From Octopus sinensis (taxonomy: Eukaryota): DNA of 64,000 nt. The stretch is from NCBI RefSeq assembly GCF_006345805.1, contig NC_042998.1, positions 165,850,001 to 165,914,000 of the forward strand. Direction: 5' to 3'. The notes below the pieces were generated by a model. That model was not told the origin of the DNA, ran no database searches, and worked only from the letters and a program-made list of their open reading frames with translations. Position numbers and translations under genes: made by a program. This document shows positions 12,873 to 25,628 of this stretch, one piece after another (the stretch's first letter is position 1; every line of letters starts with the position of its first letter).

Positions 12873-14127
12873 CAGGGGTTGGACAAAATAATGGAAACAC
12901 CTAGCATCATAGCATCATAATTTTGAAATATCTATAAAACCATCAAAAGCTTGTTTATTTTTATGTATTTTGATTTATTATTAGTGTTGCTTTATATGTT
13001 TTTTCTAAAATTGCTGTTTCTTTTCAGATATCATCAGAAAAAGGTAAATAAAATTCATTAATATGACAGATCTATTGGACTTTCACTGAAGTCAAATTGT
13101 TGGTGCTCATGTGGCAGGTGCTAGCGTAATGAAAACAGCTGAAATGTTTGGTGTCTCAAGAAGTACTGTCTCAAAAGTAATGATAACCTTTGAGAAAGAG
13201 GAAAAAAACCTCCTCAGCGAAACAAAACTCCGGAAAAAAACGAAAACTTTCAGATAGGGACTGTTGGACTCTTACATGAATTGTTAGAAAGGATCACAAA
13301 AGTACAGCTCCCAAAATTACTTGAGAACCCAGTTTCCACAAAAACTGTTCACTAGGAGCTGCACAAAACCAGATTTCGTGGGAGGGCTGCAATCAGAAAG
13401 TCACTACTTTCAAAAATATACGTTGCAAAGCATTTAGAGTGGAGTAAAAACCTACAGAATTGGTCCCTAGAGCAGTGGAATGATGTTATTTTCTTGGGCA
13501 AGTTATCCTTTGCCTTATTTTCAACCGCTGGCCAAGTATACATGTGGAGACAGCCAAAAGAAGCATTTGACCCAGACTGCCTCCTTCCAACTGTTAAACA
13601 TGGAGGAAGATTCGTAATCATCTAGGAGGCTATATCTTGGAAATCCACTGGCCCAATGGTTTCCCTCCATCGCAGAATTAATAGCCAAGAGTATTTAAGC
13701 GTTTTATCTGAACAAATTCATCCTATGGTTGCGGGACTGTTTCCGGAGGGAAACGCAATCTTTCAGGATGATAATGCACCAATCCACACAGCTAAAGTTG
13801 CTACTGAATGGCATGAGGAACATTCTAGTGAAGGCGAACATCTTATCTGGCCACCACAATCCCCAGATCTCAATTTTATTGAACATTTATGGTGCATTTT
13901 TGAAAAACATGTAAGGGGTCGATATCTTCCACCATCATCACTACAAGAACTGGAGACTGTTTTAGCTGAAGAATGGACAAAAGTTCCTTTGAGAACAATT
14001 CAAACTTTGTACGAGTCCATACCTCATAGAATTCAAGCTATAATTACTGCCAAAGACAGTCCTACCCCATATTGAAATAAATTTGTTTGAAATTTTAAGA
14101 TGTTTCCATTATTTTGCCCAACCCCTG
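12873..14127 (+). mobile_element. Tc1-family transposon, full length (1255 bp), DD36E type
   Basis: TA TSD on both sides; 27-bp TIR caggggttggacaaaataatggaaaca versus caggggttgggcaaaataatggaaaca (one mismatch). Confidence 0.96.
13063..14075 (+). pseudogene. Tc1 DD36E transposase pseudogene
   Basis: MTDLLDFH*SQIVGAHVAGASVMKTAEMFGVSRSTVSKVM (HTH); C-terminal FQDDNAPIHTAKVATEWHEEHSSEGEHLIWPPQSPDLNFIEHLW has 36 residues between D and E. Stops and frameshifts upstream. Confidence 0.92.
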
Positions 14128-15017
14128 TATACATCTGCAAACATTACACTCTATGTTACACTGTGTAATGTGATTTTTATCCTTGGGCAGCAACTGTTAT
14201 TTCCTATTTGCTTACTCCTAGAAACTGCAAAAAATTTCCTAATATTTCCTTCAACATTTGCTTTTGTTGCATTTATTCAAATGTCAAAGAATCCCTCTCA
14301 GCACATGGCTTTTATGCTCCCCCACTACTCCTGTTCATGATCAGAGATGCATATATCATCAGCCACTAAGGGACATGCTTGAGTGATTAAGGTCAAGCAG
14401 CTAGCAAGCAAATCCTTGGTATTGAGCAGAATATTTGTTATATCGATATTTTTGCTTCAGTAGCTCAGCACTGAATCTGTATGAAATGTAATGGAAAATA
14501 GGTCAGCCTCAAAACAGTAATGAACAGGTCAAAAAAACAATGTCTGAAGGGAATAGTAGTCATTTCTTTTGATTTTTAGGTAGAAACAAATAGGAAATAA
14601 CACTTACTGACCAAAGACAGGAAGAAATAAAAATTTTGTTACATAGTGTTATTGGTGGTGCTGTCCAGCCCTGTAAGGAAATTTACCTAGAGGAAGGCCA
14701 CTCCAATGTAAAATCTACAGTTTGTTGGTCACTGCAGCCATCTTAGCCCTCTGAGTCCCCGTGGTCAGACCTCTAAGTTTACAGAGTGGCACCAGGTTGC
14801 ACAGACTGACTCTCACTTTAAAACTACTAAGCACAGGCAAGAAGGAAAGCCCTGCAGTGTCAATGATCAGTTTAGTTAGCTACTTGAATGCATGCCACTC
14901 TTCCTCATGATCTTCAAGTATGGAGAAACTGCCATCATCATCATCATTTTAAATTTATAAATAGCTGATTGAAATGTTTTGAATGTAACAAATATTATCT
15001 TTCAACAAGCAGTATTA

Positions 15018-15503
15018 AGACGGCGAGCTGGCAGAAACGTTAGCACGCCGGGTGAAATGTTTAGCGGTATTTTGTCTGCCTATGAAAGGCGGCAAGCTGG
15101 CAGAAACGTTTGCACGCCGGGCGAAATGCGTAGCCGTATTTCGTCTGTCGTTACGCTGTGAGTTCAAATTCCGCCGAGGTCGACTTTGCCTTTCATCCTT
15201 TCAGGGTCGATAAATTAAGTACCAGTTACGCACTGGGGTCGATGGAATCGACTTAATACCTATGTCTGTCCTTGTTTGTCCCATCTATGTTTAGCCCCTT
15301 GTGGGTAATAAAGAAATAGGTATTTTGTCTGCCTTTACGTTCTGAGTTCGAATTCTGCCGAGGTTGACTTTGCCTTTCATCCTTTCGGGGTTGATAAATT
15401 AAGTACCAGTTATGCACTGGGGTCGATGTAATCAACTTAATCCGTTTGTCTGTCCTTGCTTGTCCCCTCTGTGTTTAGCCCCTTGTGGGCAATAAAGAAA
15501 TAA
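15018..15503 (+). mobile_element. Meta-type tRNA-derived SINE with a second copy nested inside it
   Basis: Head ggcggcgagctggcagaaacgttagc; central ggtcgactttgcctttcatcctttcggggtcgataaattaagtacc resembles the Meta domain (from memory). Inner copy 15082-15318 is flanked by 16-bp TSD ggtattttgtctgcct. More than 10 other copies (e.g. 11600-11815, 32150-32345, 43070-43460, 45200-46120, 48335-48550, 54045-54265). Confidence 0.88.
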
Positions 15504-15950
15504 GAAGCATTTGATATATTCTGGTATTGAACTCTTGTGAGTTTTACTGTTGCTTAATGAGTACATGCAATGGTAATAGCATTAATAAATCATATTCATT
15601 AATTGAGTCCTTGTAAATATCTTCATAGATCATCTCTTTTTTAAAAATATATATTAGCAACAGAGGTATTATTAATACTGAGAGATAATATTTATCCCAG
15701 TGTTTTACAAGCTAACTGGCTAATCCCATGACTTTCGGAAACATTTTTTCATACTCAGAGTTGCTGAAGCATGGAACAACCTACCTGCATCAGTTGTTAG
15801 TTACCAAGACATTGCATCCTTTAAAACCTCCATGCTTCCTGAAATTCGTCAACACTACACCTGATAACACCCTCTCCATACACATGTACCCATGTATATC
15901 ATGACTCATACACTGTTCATGTTCTTGGCTTTGGTACATAATTCTATGTA

Positions 15951-16229
15951 GTTCTATATTTCAGAGATGAGGAATTATGTACATTATTTACATTATTTAC
16001 ATTCGACAGATATTTGCCCCCATCTTGTTTGTTGTTAACACAACGTCTCTGCTGATATATCCTCCAGCATTCTTCAGGTGTCTTGGGGAAATTTCAAACC
16101 TGGGTTCTCATTCCTAAGGTATTTTTCATTGTTATTATTATTGTTCAGGTCACTGCTTGGAATCGAACTCGGAATCTTGGGGTTAGTAGCCTGCGCTCTT
16201 AACCACTATGCCATATGCCTGTAAATAAT
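15951..16229 (-). mobile_element. tRNA-derived SINE containing a hammerhead-like motif
   Basis: A box TGGCATAGTGG (16213-16203), B box GTTCGATTC (16168-16160); 17-bp TSD gtacataattctatgta / gtatataattctatgta (15934-15950, 16230-16246). Confidence 0.85.
16038..16081 (-). ncRNA. Type-I minimal hammerhead ribozyme motif, A14G variant
   Basis: acac-CTGAAGA-a-tgctg-gaggatatat-cagca-GAGAC-GTT-gtgt: stem I acac/gtgt, stem II tgctg/cagca, palindromic stem III ACGT; GAGA instead of GAAA. Confidence 0.65.
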
Positions 16230-16619
16230 GTATATAATTCTATGTACTTTGATGAGTTGTAATGCACCTGAGTGCTATACACAATAATTTCACTTTTTTT
16301 AATGCCTGTTCTGGCAATGTCAATCTATATATTGCTGGCAGAGAGATGAATCATTGCTGTCTCTAGTGATCAAATGTCCATCATTAACAAGACCAAACAA
16401 GGTTGAAATTATGTGATCTGGTTGTCTCAGCACTGGAGGTGAAGGGAATCATTTCCCCACTAGCGATATAAACAAGAGTGCATCTTGCACCAAAAACCAA
16501 TATGAGAGTTTCTCTCATGGTATCTACCACAGTATAGTTTGTTCTAATAGAACATCCGCATTTAAGTGGGGATAAATATTACATCTCTTTTATATATTAC
16601 ATATCTTAATTGCTTTATA

Positions 16620-17600
16620 TCCTCCCATTCATTCTCTACATTCAGCAGCCTTTTATAATGGCTTCTTTCTTTTCAGAATCATTAAAAGCAAGTGCATCAT
16701 CATCCATGCAAACACATTTCTCTCCTGTGACATCACAATTTTCTCTCACACACTGTCTTGCAATCCAAAATACTTCAGTTCGTTGGTCCTCACGTCGCTG
16801 AACATTGGCAAATTTCTTTTCTACTTCTCCCTTGGCCAAGTATACCTGTTGCCCAGCCTCCCTTATGGCTATCTGGTACAGTTCCCTGCTACCCCAACTC
16901 TTCCATGCTTTCCAGGCCTGTTTCTTTGCTCTAATGGCCTTGTCAACTGTATTATTCCATCACCATATTACTCTAGGTCTTGAAGGGACTTTGCACTAGC
17001 GACAGATTTGGTCTGTAGCGCTCAGTAAGCTATCCTGTAGAAATTTCCAGTTACCCTCTATGTCCGAAGTCTGTAGCTCCTTCTCATCAAATTTCTCAGT
17101 GAGGATCTCCCTAAATCTCTGACCATGTGAAGGATTCTTTAGCTTCCAAAGCCTTCTTTTCTGGATTGGTCTGCTTCTTGGCATCCTTCTGGCCTCAAGT
17201 CTAAAGTCACTAATAACTAGTCTATGCAGGGGAGTACATTCTTCACCAGGGAAGGTTTTTGTATTTAAGAGCAACCCTGCATCCTGCTGTCTGGTGAGGG
17301 TGAAATCAATCTGGCTAGTAGAGTTGCCTGATTGATAAGTTATCAGGTGGCTGTCTGGCTTCCTGAAGTTAGTGTTGCAGATTAATAGGTTGCATGCATC
17401 ACAGAACTCCAGTACCTTAGTTCCCTCTTCGCTTCAGGAACCAATTCTATGGCCCCAATGAACACCATATAAGATACCAAAATGCCATCCGACATGCCCA
17501 TTAAAATCTCCAGCTGCAAAAATGAGGTCATTGCTACTTGTCTTTGAGGTGGCCTGTAGAAGGGTATCATAAAAGTGGTTCTTCAAATCGTCTTGTAGGC
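16620..17600 (-). pseudogene. RTE-clade LINE fragment: APE endonuclease and linker
   Basis: AGDFNGHVG, LEFCDACNLLICNTNFRK, SQIDF, TFPGEECTPLHRLVISDF, RRLWKLK, WWWN motifs; broken by stops. Confidence 0.9.
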
Positions 17601-18370
17601 CCCTTGAGAAAATGCATAAAGTATTGTAAATTTGAAATTTGGATAAAAGAAGCCATAACACTGTAAAAAGTTTATGGGGTGGTTTATAAAACAACTGGGA
17701 TTTATTTTAGTCTTTTGCCATTTTGGGCATGTAGCTCTTATCATGAAATAAGGGGATTAAGCCATAGCTGCTGATATAAGTATCAAATCCATTTTGGTTG
17801 GGGCTGACCATGGTCAACAATATTTGTACCTAGATACATACATGTATTTCATCATCGTCATCATCATTCTTAGGTCCATGTATCACTGCCAACATAAGCT
17901 GTCCCAGTCCATGTCATCTTAAACACAAGACAAAAAATACACCCTAGTATAGATTATGTCTTACAGTGTGAACTCAATGCATTTTATTATGCCACCAATA
18001 CTTGAGAAGTTGTACTATGTTAGTTGACCTAAAGGATCCCCTCTACCCTGAATCAGTTCTTATTCAGACTGCCCTCCTAAACAGGTAACCCACAAATTTC
18101 ATTTTAGCCTGTTTTCTGTAACTGAATGCCTTTCTATAACCTTTCCTATCATGAATCACTTTACAGAGTATTCTGGATGCATTTTATCATGCCTTTGGCA
18201 GTGGAAAGGTTGCCCATATGAGGAATACTAAAGAAGAGTCCCCTCTATCTGCATCACTTCTTCAGAGTTACTTAGATATGCAGCCAGTGATGTGGCTTGT
18301 TGAGTCCACACAAGCATGTACACACACACACACACATACACATGCATGCACACACACACACACACATGCA

Positions 18371-18401
<31 letters not shown>

Positions 18402-18764
18402 GCACACACAAATATATATATATATCATCATTATCAATTTAACATCCATTTACCATGATAGCATGGTTTGGATGGCTTGACAAGAACTGGCAAGGCCAGG
18501 GGCTACACCAAGTTCCATAGTCTGTTTTAGCTTTGTTTCTACAGCTGGAAACTATGGCACCATCACCAGTACTCTTTATGTGGCACCAGCATCAGTGTTT
18601 TTTTATGTGGCACCAGTATCCATACCAATGCTTTTTATATATAGACTTTATAAATACCCCTTTACCAACATCCAGATATATTTTCTATCATATTAAAGTC
18701 TGGTTGGATAACAATATGCATACATATAAATTATATATACATATACACTTTGATAAGTATATAC

Positions 18765-19020
18765 TGTAAGGTCAGGTGGCTGCTGTCTCTAGCCAGGTGG
18801 CTGTCCAGTACTGAAGACAGGGAAATTACCCAGAAACCATTGGTCTGCTGGTACTGCTAACAATTAGAAGGGTGTAGTAAGCCTCCTTACTTACAGTATG
18901 TCTCAGACACAGATCATGTGTCAATAACCAGCTGGAAAAGATGTTTTCCTGGGGTTAAAAAGTAGTAACATAATCCTATGCAGGACTGCCATGTTATGTA
19001 TGCAAATAAACTTTGTTACA
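18765..19020. mobile_element. 256-bp LTR-like or TIR element
   Basis: Begins TGTAAG, ends AATAAActttGTTACA; flanks are inverted (atatac / gtatat) rather than a direct TSD. Confidence 0.35.
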
Positions 19021-19393
19021 GTATATATATCTATAGAGTGAGTGTATTTTTTTTTTATGATGTACCAGTCTCTGTATTCTTTATAATTGCTTTAAATAAT
19101 ATGTAGAAACAGGGGAAGGGAGACAGACAGATAGACAGATTTTTGTATATCAGATGTCTTTTGTATATCAAGTGACCTTTTCCCTATAACTAACTTCTCT
19201 CACTAGCCCATTCTCTTTAATCTCCTTTCATTTCTGCTGTATATAACCAATTCTTCTAAATAGGCCCACTTCTTCAGTTTTCCTTCACTTTGATTTTTCT
19301 CTATAGTTCACTTGACTTTCTATCAAGTGATTGACTTCCCACTGCTGTTTCTTTTTGTTTTATGTTTTTCTTCATACATTTTGGCCTCTTGCT

Positions 19394-19454
<61 letters not shown>

Positions 19455-21520
19455 GCACATGCACACATGCACACACATTTTATTTTATTTTATTTGTATT
19501 TCATTTGTTTATCAGTTATCAGGCTTAAATATAGTTTGATCAGTTGACAAAACACTCAACTCAATGGTTTTTATAGTTCTTCAGTTGTAAACAACAATTT
19601 CTACTTAACAACCAAGTAATCTACTCAATTAAGTTTACAAGAGAAATCTATTGATTAGATACCATGATAATAAATTTTGATGATATTTAATGCCAAATGT
19701 CTCTATATATAACATTAAGTATCTTCAGATAATTTATAGGAAATATACATCCATTCTCTCATAAAAGGTTGCAATTGTTCCATAATTAAGGAACAGGTGT
19801 GGATATACATACTCTGTTCAGTAACTCTTTCATAAGCTTTTCCATTCTTTACACACACTTACTCTTCAAATATAATTTATCATCAAGAGTGTTTATCTAT
19901 AGCACAATCTTATATTTTGTGGCTGATTTTAAGCAACTCTCCACCCAATTGAAGAAAATACTCATGCATACTTACGCAAATTGAAGAAAATACTCTTGAA
20001 AATGCTCTTGCAAGGTAAATCATTCATCCATTACAGTAATATTAGCAATGCTTCTCAATGAAACGTCCTGTAATTAGGCCTTTTCTCAATCATATTTATA
20101 GAATTTCTTGTAGACAAAGTTATTAGGATATTTGCCAAGATGCCAAATATGCAATGGCTTGTATTTATCAGTAGAACTGTGGTGCATCTTGAAAAAGTTA
20201 CTGAACTCTTCATGGTTCAGTTAATCTAACTGAAAAATAGTTATCATGTGAAGATGTAGTGAACTAAAATCAGACTATGGGAGAATAGGATTCAAAATCT
20301 CCCAAAGGATAACCATGTGATAAACTGGTGGTTAATCCAAGTATTGTTTCTCGTGCACTTAATACATGTGTAATAATAAGAATATTTCTGTACATGTATC
20401 ACCAATATATGGATTTGGTTGAGTTGATGTCAATAGCAGTGGTATATGGTGGTTGTTGTCATTGGGTGTGCTGCCAGACTGACCATACTATGACTAACAT
20501 TAGAATTATACAAATTAGGCATACAAACTGTGTATTTCTATTCAAAATGTAAATAATGTAAACTTAATTCAATTGGGATACAGATATATGGCACTAAGGT
20601 AAACTGAATTAATAATACCCTATAAATTATAAGCATTCTAAAATGAACTGTAATTTTCTTATGTGCAAATACTGAAAAATAAGAAACCACACAATTTTAC
20701 TTACTTAAATTATTTATATGTAAGTTCTATTCTTCTTGGAGACATAAAATGTTCGATAACCTCATTGTACAATGAACCACTTTATTATTAGTTTTGAAAA
20801 CAAATAAAATCAAAGTTATATGATGATATTGTTAGAAAAAAATTTGTAAAATTAGTTTTAGTTTAAGAATTTTAAATTGATTTAAATGTACAACATCTCC
20901 CCACAAAAACGAACATGTAACTTTGCTGTCAAAGCTAGCGCAACCCTTCACCATCAATTTTTTGCCATTCTCTTTCAATACATCCAGTACCATATTATGG
21001 TGAGGTATGCAGTGTTATTTCAGGATACCTGCCACCAAATTTCAAACAGAGGTATAACAAAAGTTTTCGATTATTATTTGTGATTAGATTAATGAGTAAG
21101 GTTAATATTTACAATGAATTTGTCATTTTCGATGGGTGTGCAGTGCATACCTAGCACACCCAGAATATACGCTCCTGGTCAACAGAAGGGACACAAATTC
21201 AGTTCAGATTAAAAATTTTTTTTTTTAATGGGTTAATTAGGTTAAGTTTTATTTGTGAAATACAGTTGTTTTGAATTTGCTGCAGAAAGTGGTCTATGTT
21301 TGTGGTGGTGAGTGGTGGGGAGCTAGGAATGTGGCCTGAGTGCCAAGAGGGCGTCAGCCTGAAAAAGTTTGAGAGTTACATGATCACAGAAAAACTTATT
21401 TTTTAACCTTGGTGCTTATTCTGTTGGACTCTTTTGATGAACCACTAAGTTAAAAGGACATGAAGACATCAACACTGGTGGTTAAGCATTGGTGGAAGAG
21501 AAACATAACATAAACACAAA

Positions 21521-21568
<48 letters not shown>

Positions 21569-21648
21569 CACATACATACATACATACATACATACATACA
21601 TACATACATACATACATACATACATACATACATACATAAAATATCAAC

Positions 21649-22130
21649 CAAATACCTGATGCACAAAAGGGACAGAGATGCAAACTTTGTGGAGTTATCA
21701 CCAAAGATATCACCCACATCATAAGCAGTTGTCCAAAAATGTCATCACGGCATTATCTGTCGATGAGACATAATGTTGTAACTAGGACACTCTATAATGA
21801 AATCTGCCAGAAAGATAACCCCAAGGACAAAGAAATAAAAACCCACAATATAGTAGAAGCCATAACCACTCATAATAAAAGGAATGTGGATGGAATGTTC
21901 CAATGAAGACCTCCATAAAATGTAAGCACAACATACCTGATATAATGATTTGGGATAGAGAAGAGAAACTGTGCAAAATTATGGAAATTAGCTGCCTAGA
22001 AGATGTTAACAAAGCTGAAGATCAGTGAAAAAGAGGATACCTGCGCTGAACTATTGAGAAATCTGCAGTTACTCTATCCAAATTTTGAGTTCAGGTTTAT
22101 ACCTGTAATTATTGGAGCCCTGGGATATGA
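21649..22130 (+). pseudogene. R4/Dong-like non-LTR retrotransposon fragment (CCHC knuckle plus RLE endonuclease)
   Basis: RCKLCGVITKDITHIISSCPKMSSRHYLSMRHNVV; KHNIPDIMIWDREEKLCKIMEISC; FIPVIIGALG. Confidence 0.8.
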
Positions 22131-22625
22131 AATACTTCTCCTAAATACAACAAAAATCAAAGTTGATATTGACAAGATTTAAACATAGTAAGAGTAAATA
22201 CTACGTGATGTTCTCTCCAACACTAATTAGCTGCTATGTGCAATACTGTAAATATGATAAATTATTTGTTTATTGTAATTGAATATTATAAGTCAGATGT
22301 GAAATACCATCATCGCCATCATCATCGCCATCATCATCGCCATCATCATCATTGTCGTCGTCATCGCAATCATTCTCATCATTTAATGTCCATTTTTCTA
22401 TGCTTGCATGAGTCAGATGGAATTTATTGAAGCAAATTTTCTGCAACTGGACACCCTTCTTGCTTCCAATCCTCACTTGTTTCCAATAACTAGACATACT
22501 TTTCATAGAGCAAGGGAAATGAATGACCTCACTGGCATGATGATGAGGCTCATTTACAACCACCATGTGATGTCTAGACAAGGGTAGACGGAAACTGAAA
22601 GAAACCCATCATATATATGCATGTA

Positions 22626-22665
<40 letters not shown>

Positions 22666-23179
22666 TTTGTGTCTGTTTGACCCCGTCCACCATCACCACC
22701 ACTTGACAACTAGTGCTGGTGTGTTTACATCCTTGTAACTCAGCGATTCGGCCAAAGAGCCTGATAGAATAAGTCCCGGGCTTATAAAAAAAAAGTACTG
22801 GGTTCAATACACTTGACTAAAAATTCTTCAAGGCAGTGCCCTGGCATGGCCACAGTCTAAAGACTGAAACAAGAGATAAAAAAAAAAGATATGTACACAC
22901 ACACACATATACATATATACTTATATGTGTTTGTGTGTGCATATGTGTGTGTTTGTGTGGTGGGGTGAGTGTGTGTGTAGGTGAAATAAACATCAGAGAT
23001 GTTTTGCCCCCTCCAGAAACTGTAGGAGCTACTTACAGATTTTGCAAGCTCTTCTAAATCCATTGCAAATTCTGGAAACCCTTCCATAACATCAGGGTCA
23101 CAAGCATTTTGACCCTTAGCCTGTACACTTTGCCTAAGTGGAGTAGCAAAGACTGAACTAGTCTTCACAACAGAAGGGT

Positions 23180-23870
23180 TCCACTTGTGGCCTCTTATCA
23201 ACCATGGCCACCTTGAATTGGTTTTAGTTGCTGTGCTTATTTCCTTGATGGCTCTCTTCAGTTGTCTTCATTCCAGACCTATCTTTTGCAGGAAATAGTG
23301 CCTTGATATAGCTAGAAGGCCACAGTAGCCAACTTCAATGAGGAATGAGGTCATATGGCATCCCTTGACAAGGGCCTCATTGACTAAGTCCCAATAATTC
23401 TTTTTCTTTACCTGGTAGAAAATATCAAGTCTGTTTTAGGGCACTGTGAGTTCAACCACAATGATTGTTTTGCTTCCACTTGTATCAGCTGTCTTCCAGA
23501 GCCCTATGGTATCTGGTCAAAATATGGTTCAGGGTGCACAAAGCTGCTTCACACTGCTTGCAGGATGGGTCTTTTTCTTTGTCCCATAGGTTATTAGGAG
23601 TTGACAAGAGGCTAGTGATACTGCAAAGGGGGAAGGACAATCTTCCCTGGTTAGTGCTCCACAGATCCTTCCAAGACATTGGATGCTTGAGTGCTTGGTC
23701 CCACTAAATCCATTGACCTTGGTGGGCAAGCCCTACTGCAATCCTCTTCTGTTGAATCACATATTTTTAGCATTATAAGCTCTCACTTCTGATATTGATG
23801 TTTTTCCACCTCTTGGTTCTGTAATTGCCAAGTCCTTACCATCCTTGACAGACTACCCTAACAATCTCTT
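23180..23870 (-). pseudogene. HERO/NeSL-like RLE non-LTR retrotransposon fragment
   Basis: WKDLW..LSF..LLSTPNNLW..PSCKQCEAALCTLNHIL; KTIIVVELTVP*; LIEVGYCG..FLQKIG..SRWPWLIR. Confidence 0.75.
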
Positions 23871-24075
23871 GGCATTTTCAGAATGTCTCTGCTTCTTTTA
23901 CAACTTCCTGGGGTTTCCATTTTTTTTACCACATTTTATGGTCTGGCTGGTGTGTCTGACTTTCTCATCATCATCATCATCATCATCAGACAGAAGTAAT
24001 GTGGTCATTGCTCTTGCCTTTGTAGCTTAGAATTCCTCCACCACTGATAAAATTGGTAGGTGGAGTTTAGAGGTG

Positions 24076-24115
<40 letters not shown>

Positions 24116-24555
24116 TGATGGACTCTCCCATTGAAGGACTACAAATGAGTGTTCAGCGTTTGCCAAATGATTTACACAAATAATTCGTTTATAGTAATCG
24201 AATGTTTATTCTGTACATTAGCTCACCCCCACCCATTGAAGCAACGTTGCCCAAACAGATGCTGAAGTGATCACAGAAAAATGTGAGATGAAGTGTTTTG
24301 CTCAAGAACACAACTCACCACCTGGTCTAGGAAATGAAACCATGCTCTTACAATTGTGCATGCAATATCCTGACCACTAGAACATACACACACATATATA
24401 TATACAGAGTCACCATATTCTCTTCCATATCGGCTAACACTGATCAGCGTAAGGTTATATAATTGAATTGATACCTAAAACTCCATTGTATTCCTTGTGC
24501 GAAACTAATTGGTAAGATCAGCCGTGTTGGACATATAATACTGTATATTTCAGAT

Positions 24556-24866
<311 letters not shown>

Positions 24867-25435
24867 ATGATTCCTTCCTTCTCTCTCTCTCCCCCTTGGT
24901 GCCTTCGTCCCTTTCTTTTTCTCTCTCTTTGTTCCTTGCTCCCTGCTTTTCTTTTTCTTTCTCTTTCTCTTTCTTCCGTGCTCTCACGTGACCGCATTCA
25001 AACCGGTCTTTTTCGGCTTGACCGCTGCCATGTTAACGTTTGTTTTCGTTTTTGCCGCAAAGGCTTTTTTCAAATACGCCAGCCAAGATAAGTTAAAAAT
25101 TGTCTAAAGTCGTAAGACGCCTGCTGTGTTTGTCCTGCTAACCATTCTTGTTTTTTATTTCTATTTTTTGTTTCTTGTATTTATATTCGTGTGGCATCCT
25201 GTCTTTGTTTCGTATACATTCGTCCTCTTTCTAAGAAATCTAATGCCTGTGGCTTAGTTCTTGGGGCTGGCCGGTTTGGAGTGATATCGAGATTAAACAG
25301 CCGAAATTGCTAAGATGATCCGGTTCTGACTGAAGATTAGAGGCTTCGAGTGACCCGTCTGTTTTTTTGTGTCGTCTCTTTGTGTGTTTTTGCGTTCTTG
25401 TCCCACTTTGTAATTTATATTTTATATTTTATATT
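24867..25435. mobile_element. CpG-rich insertion between (TA)n tracts; possible Penelope pLTR fragment
   Basis: CpG-rich and TA-flanked on both sides like the other Penelope-type pieces. No protein homology seen. Confidence 0.35.
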
Positions 25436-25437
25436 TG

Positions 25438-25487
<50 letters not shown>

Positions 25488-25579
25488 ATATATATACATA
25501 TATATATACATATATATTTATATTTATAAAAAAGAAGTTTGAAAACGCCACTATATAAGATAAATTTTAATTTTCTTAG

Positions 25580-25628
25580 AAATTTTACGTTTCGGTTCTT
25601 CTTGAAAAACGAACCTTATCAAAAGTAT
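25580..25628 (-). ncRNA. Decayed type-I hammerhead motif
   Basis: tTGATaA-ggttc-gtttttcaagaa-gaacc-GAAAC-GTA: stem II and GAAAC-GTA intact, core has C3U and G8A changes, stem I weak. Confidence 0.4.

Larger units (their letters stand above)
15726..16295 (+). mobile_element. CR1-clade LINE 3' end, with its 3' UTR interrupted by a SINE
   Basis: DFRKHFFILRVAEAWNNLPASVVSYQDIASFKTSMLPEIRQHYT* matches the CR1 ORF2 C-terminus (FF..RV...WN.LP..VV......FK). Confidence 0.8.

Noticed and set aside
16160-16219. Possible tRNA gene (likewise the other A/B-box heads)
   Set aside because: No complete acceptor stem; it continues into a SINE body with TSDs.
25250-25365. Possible hammerhead (ggctg..cagcc-GAAAT, and a separate CTGAAGA)
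   Set aside because: The two core halves are in the wrong order or lack a partner, so no consistent three-stem fold could be drawn.
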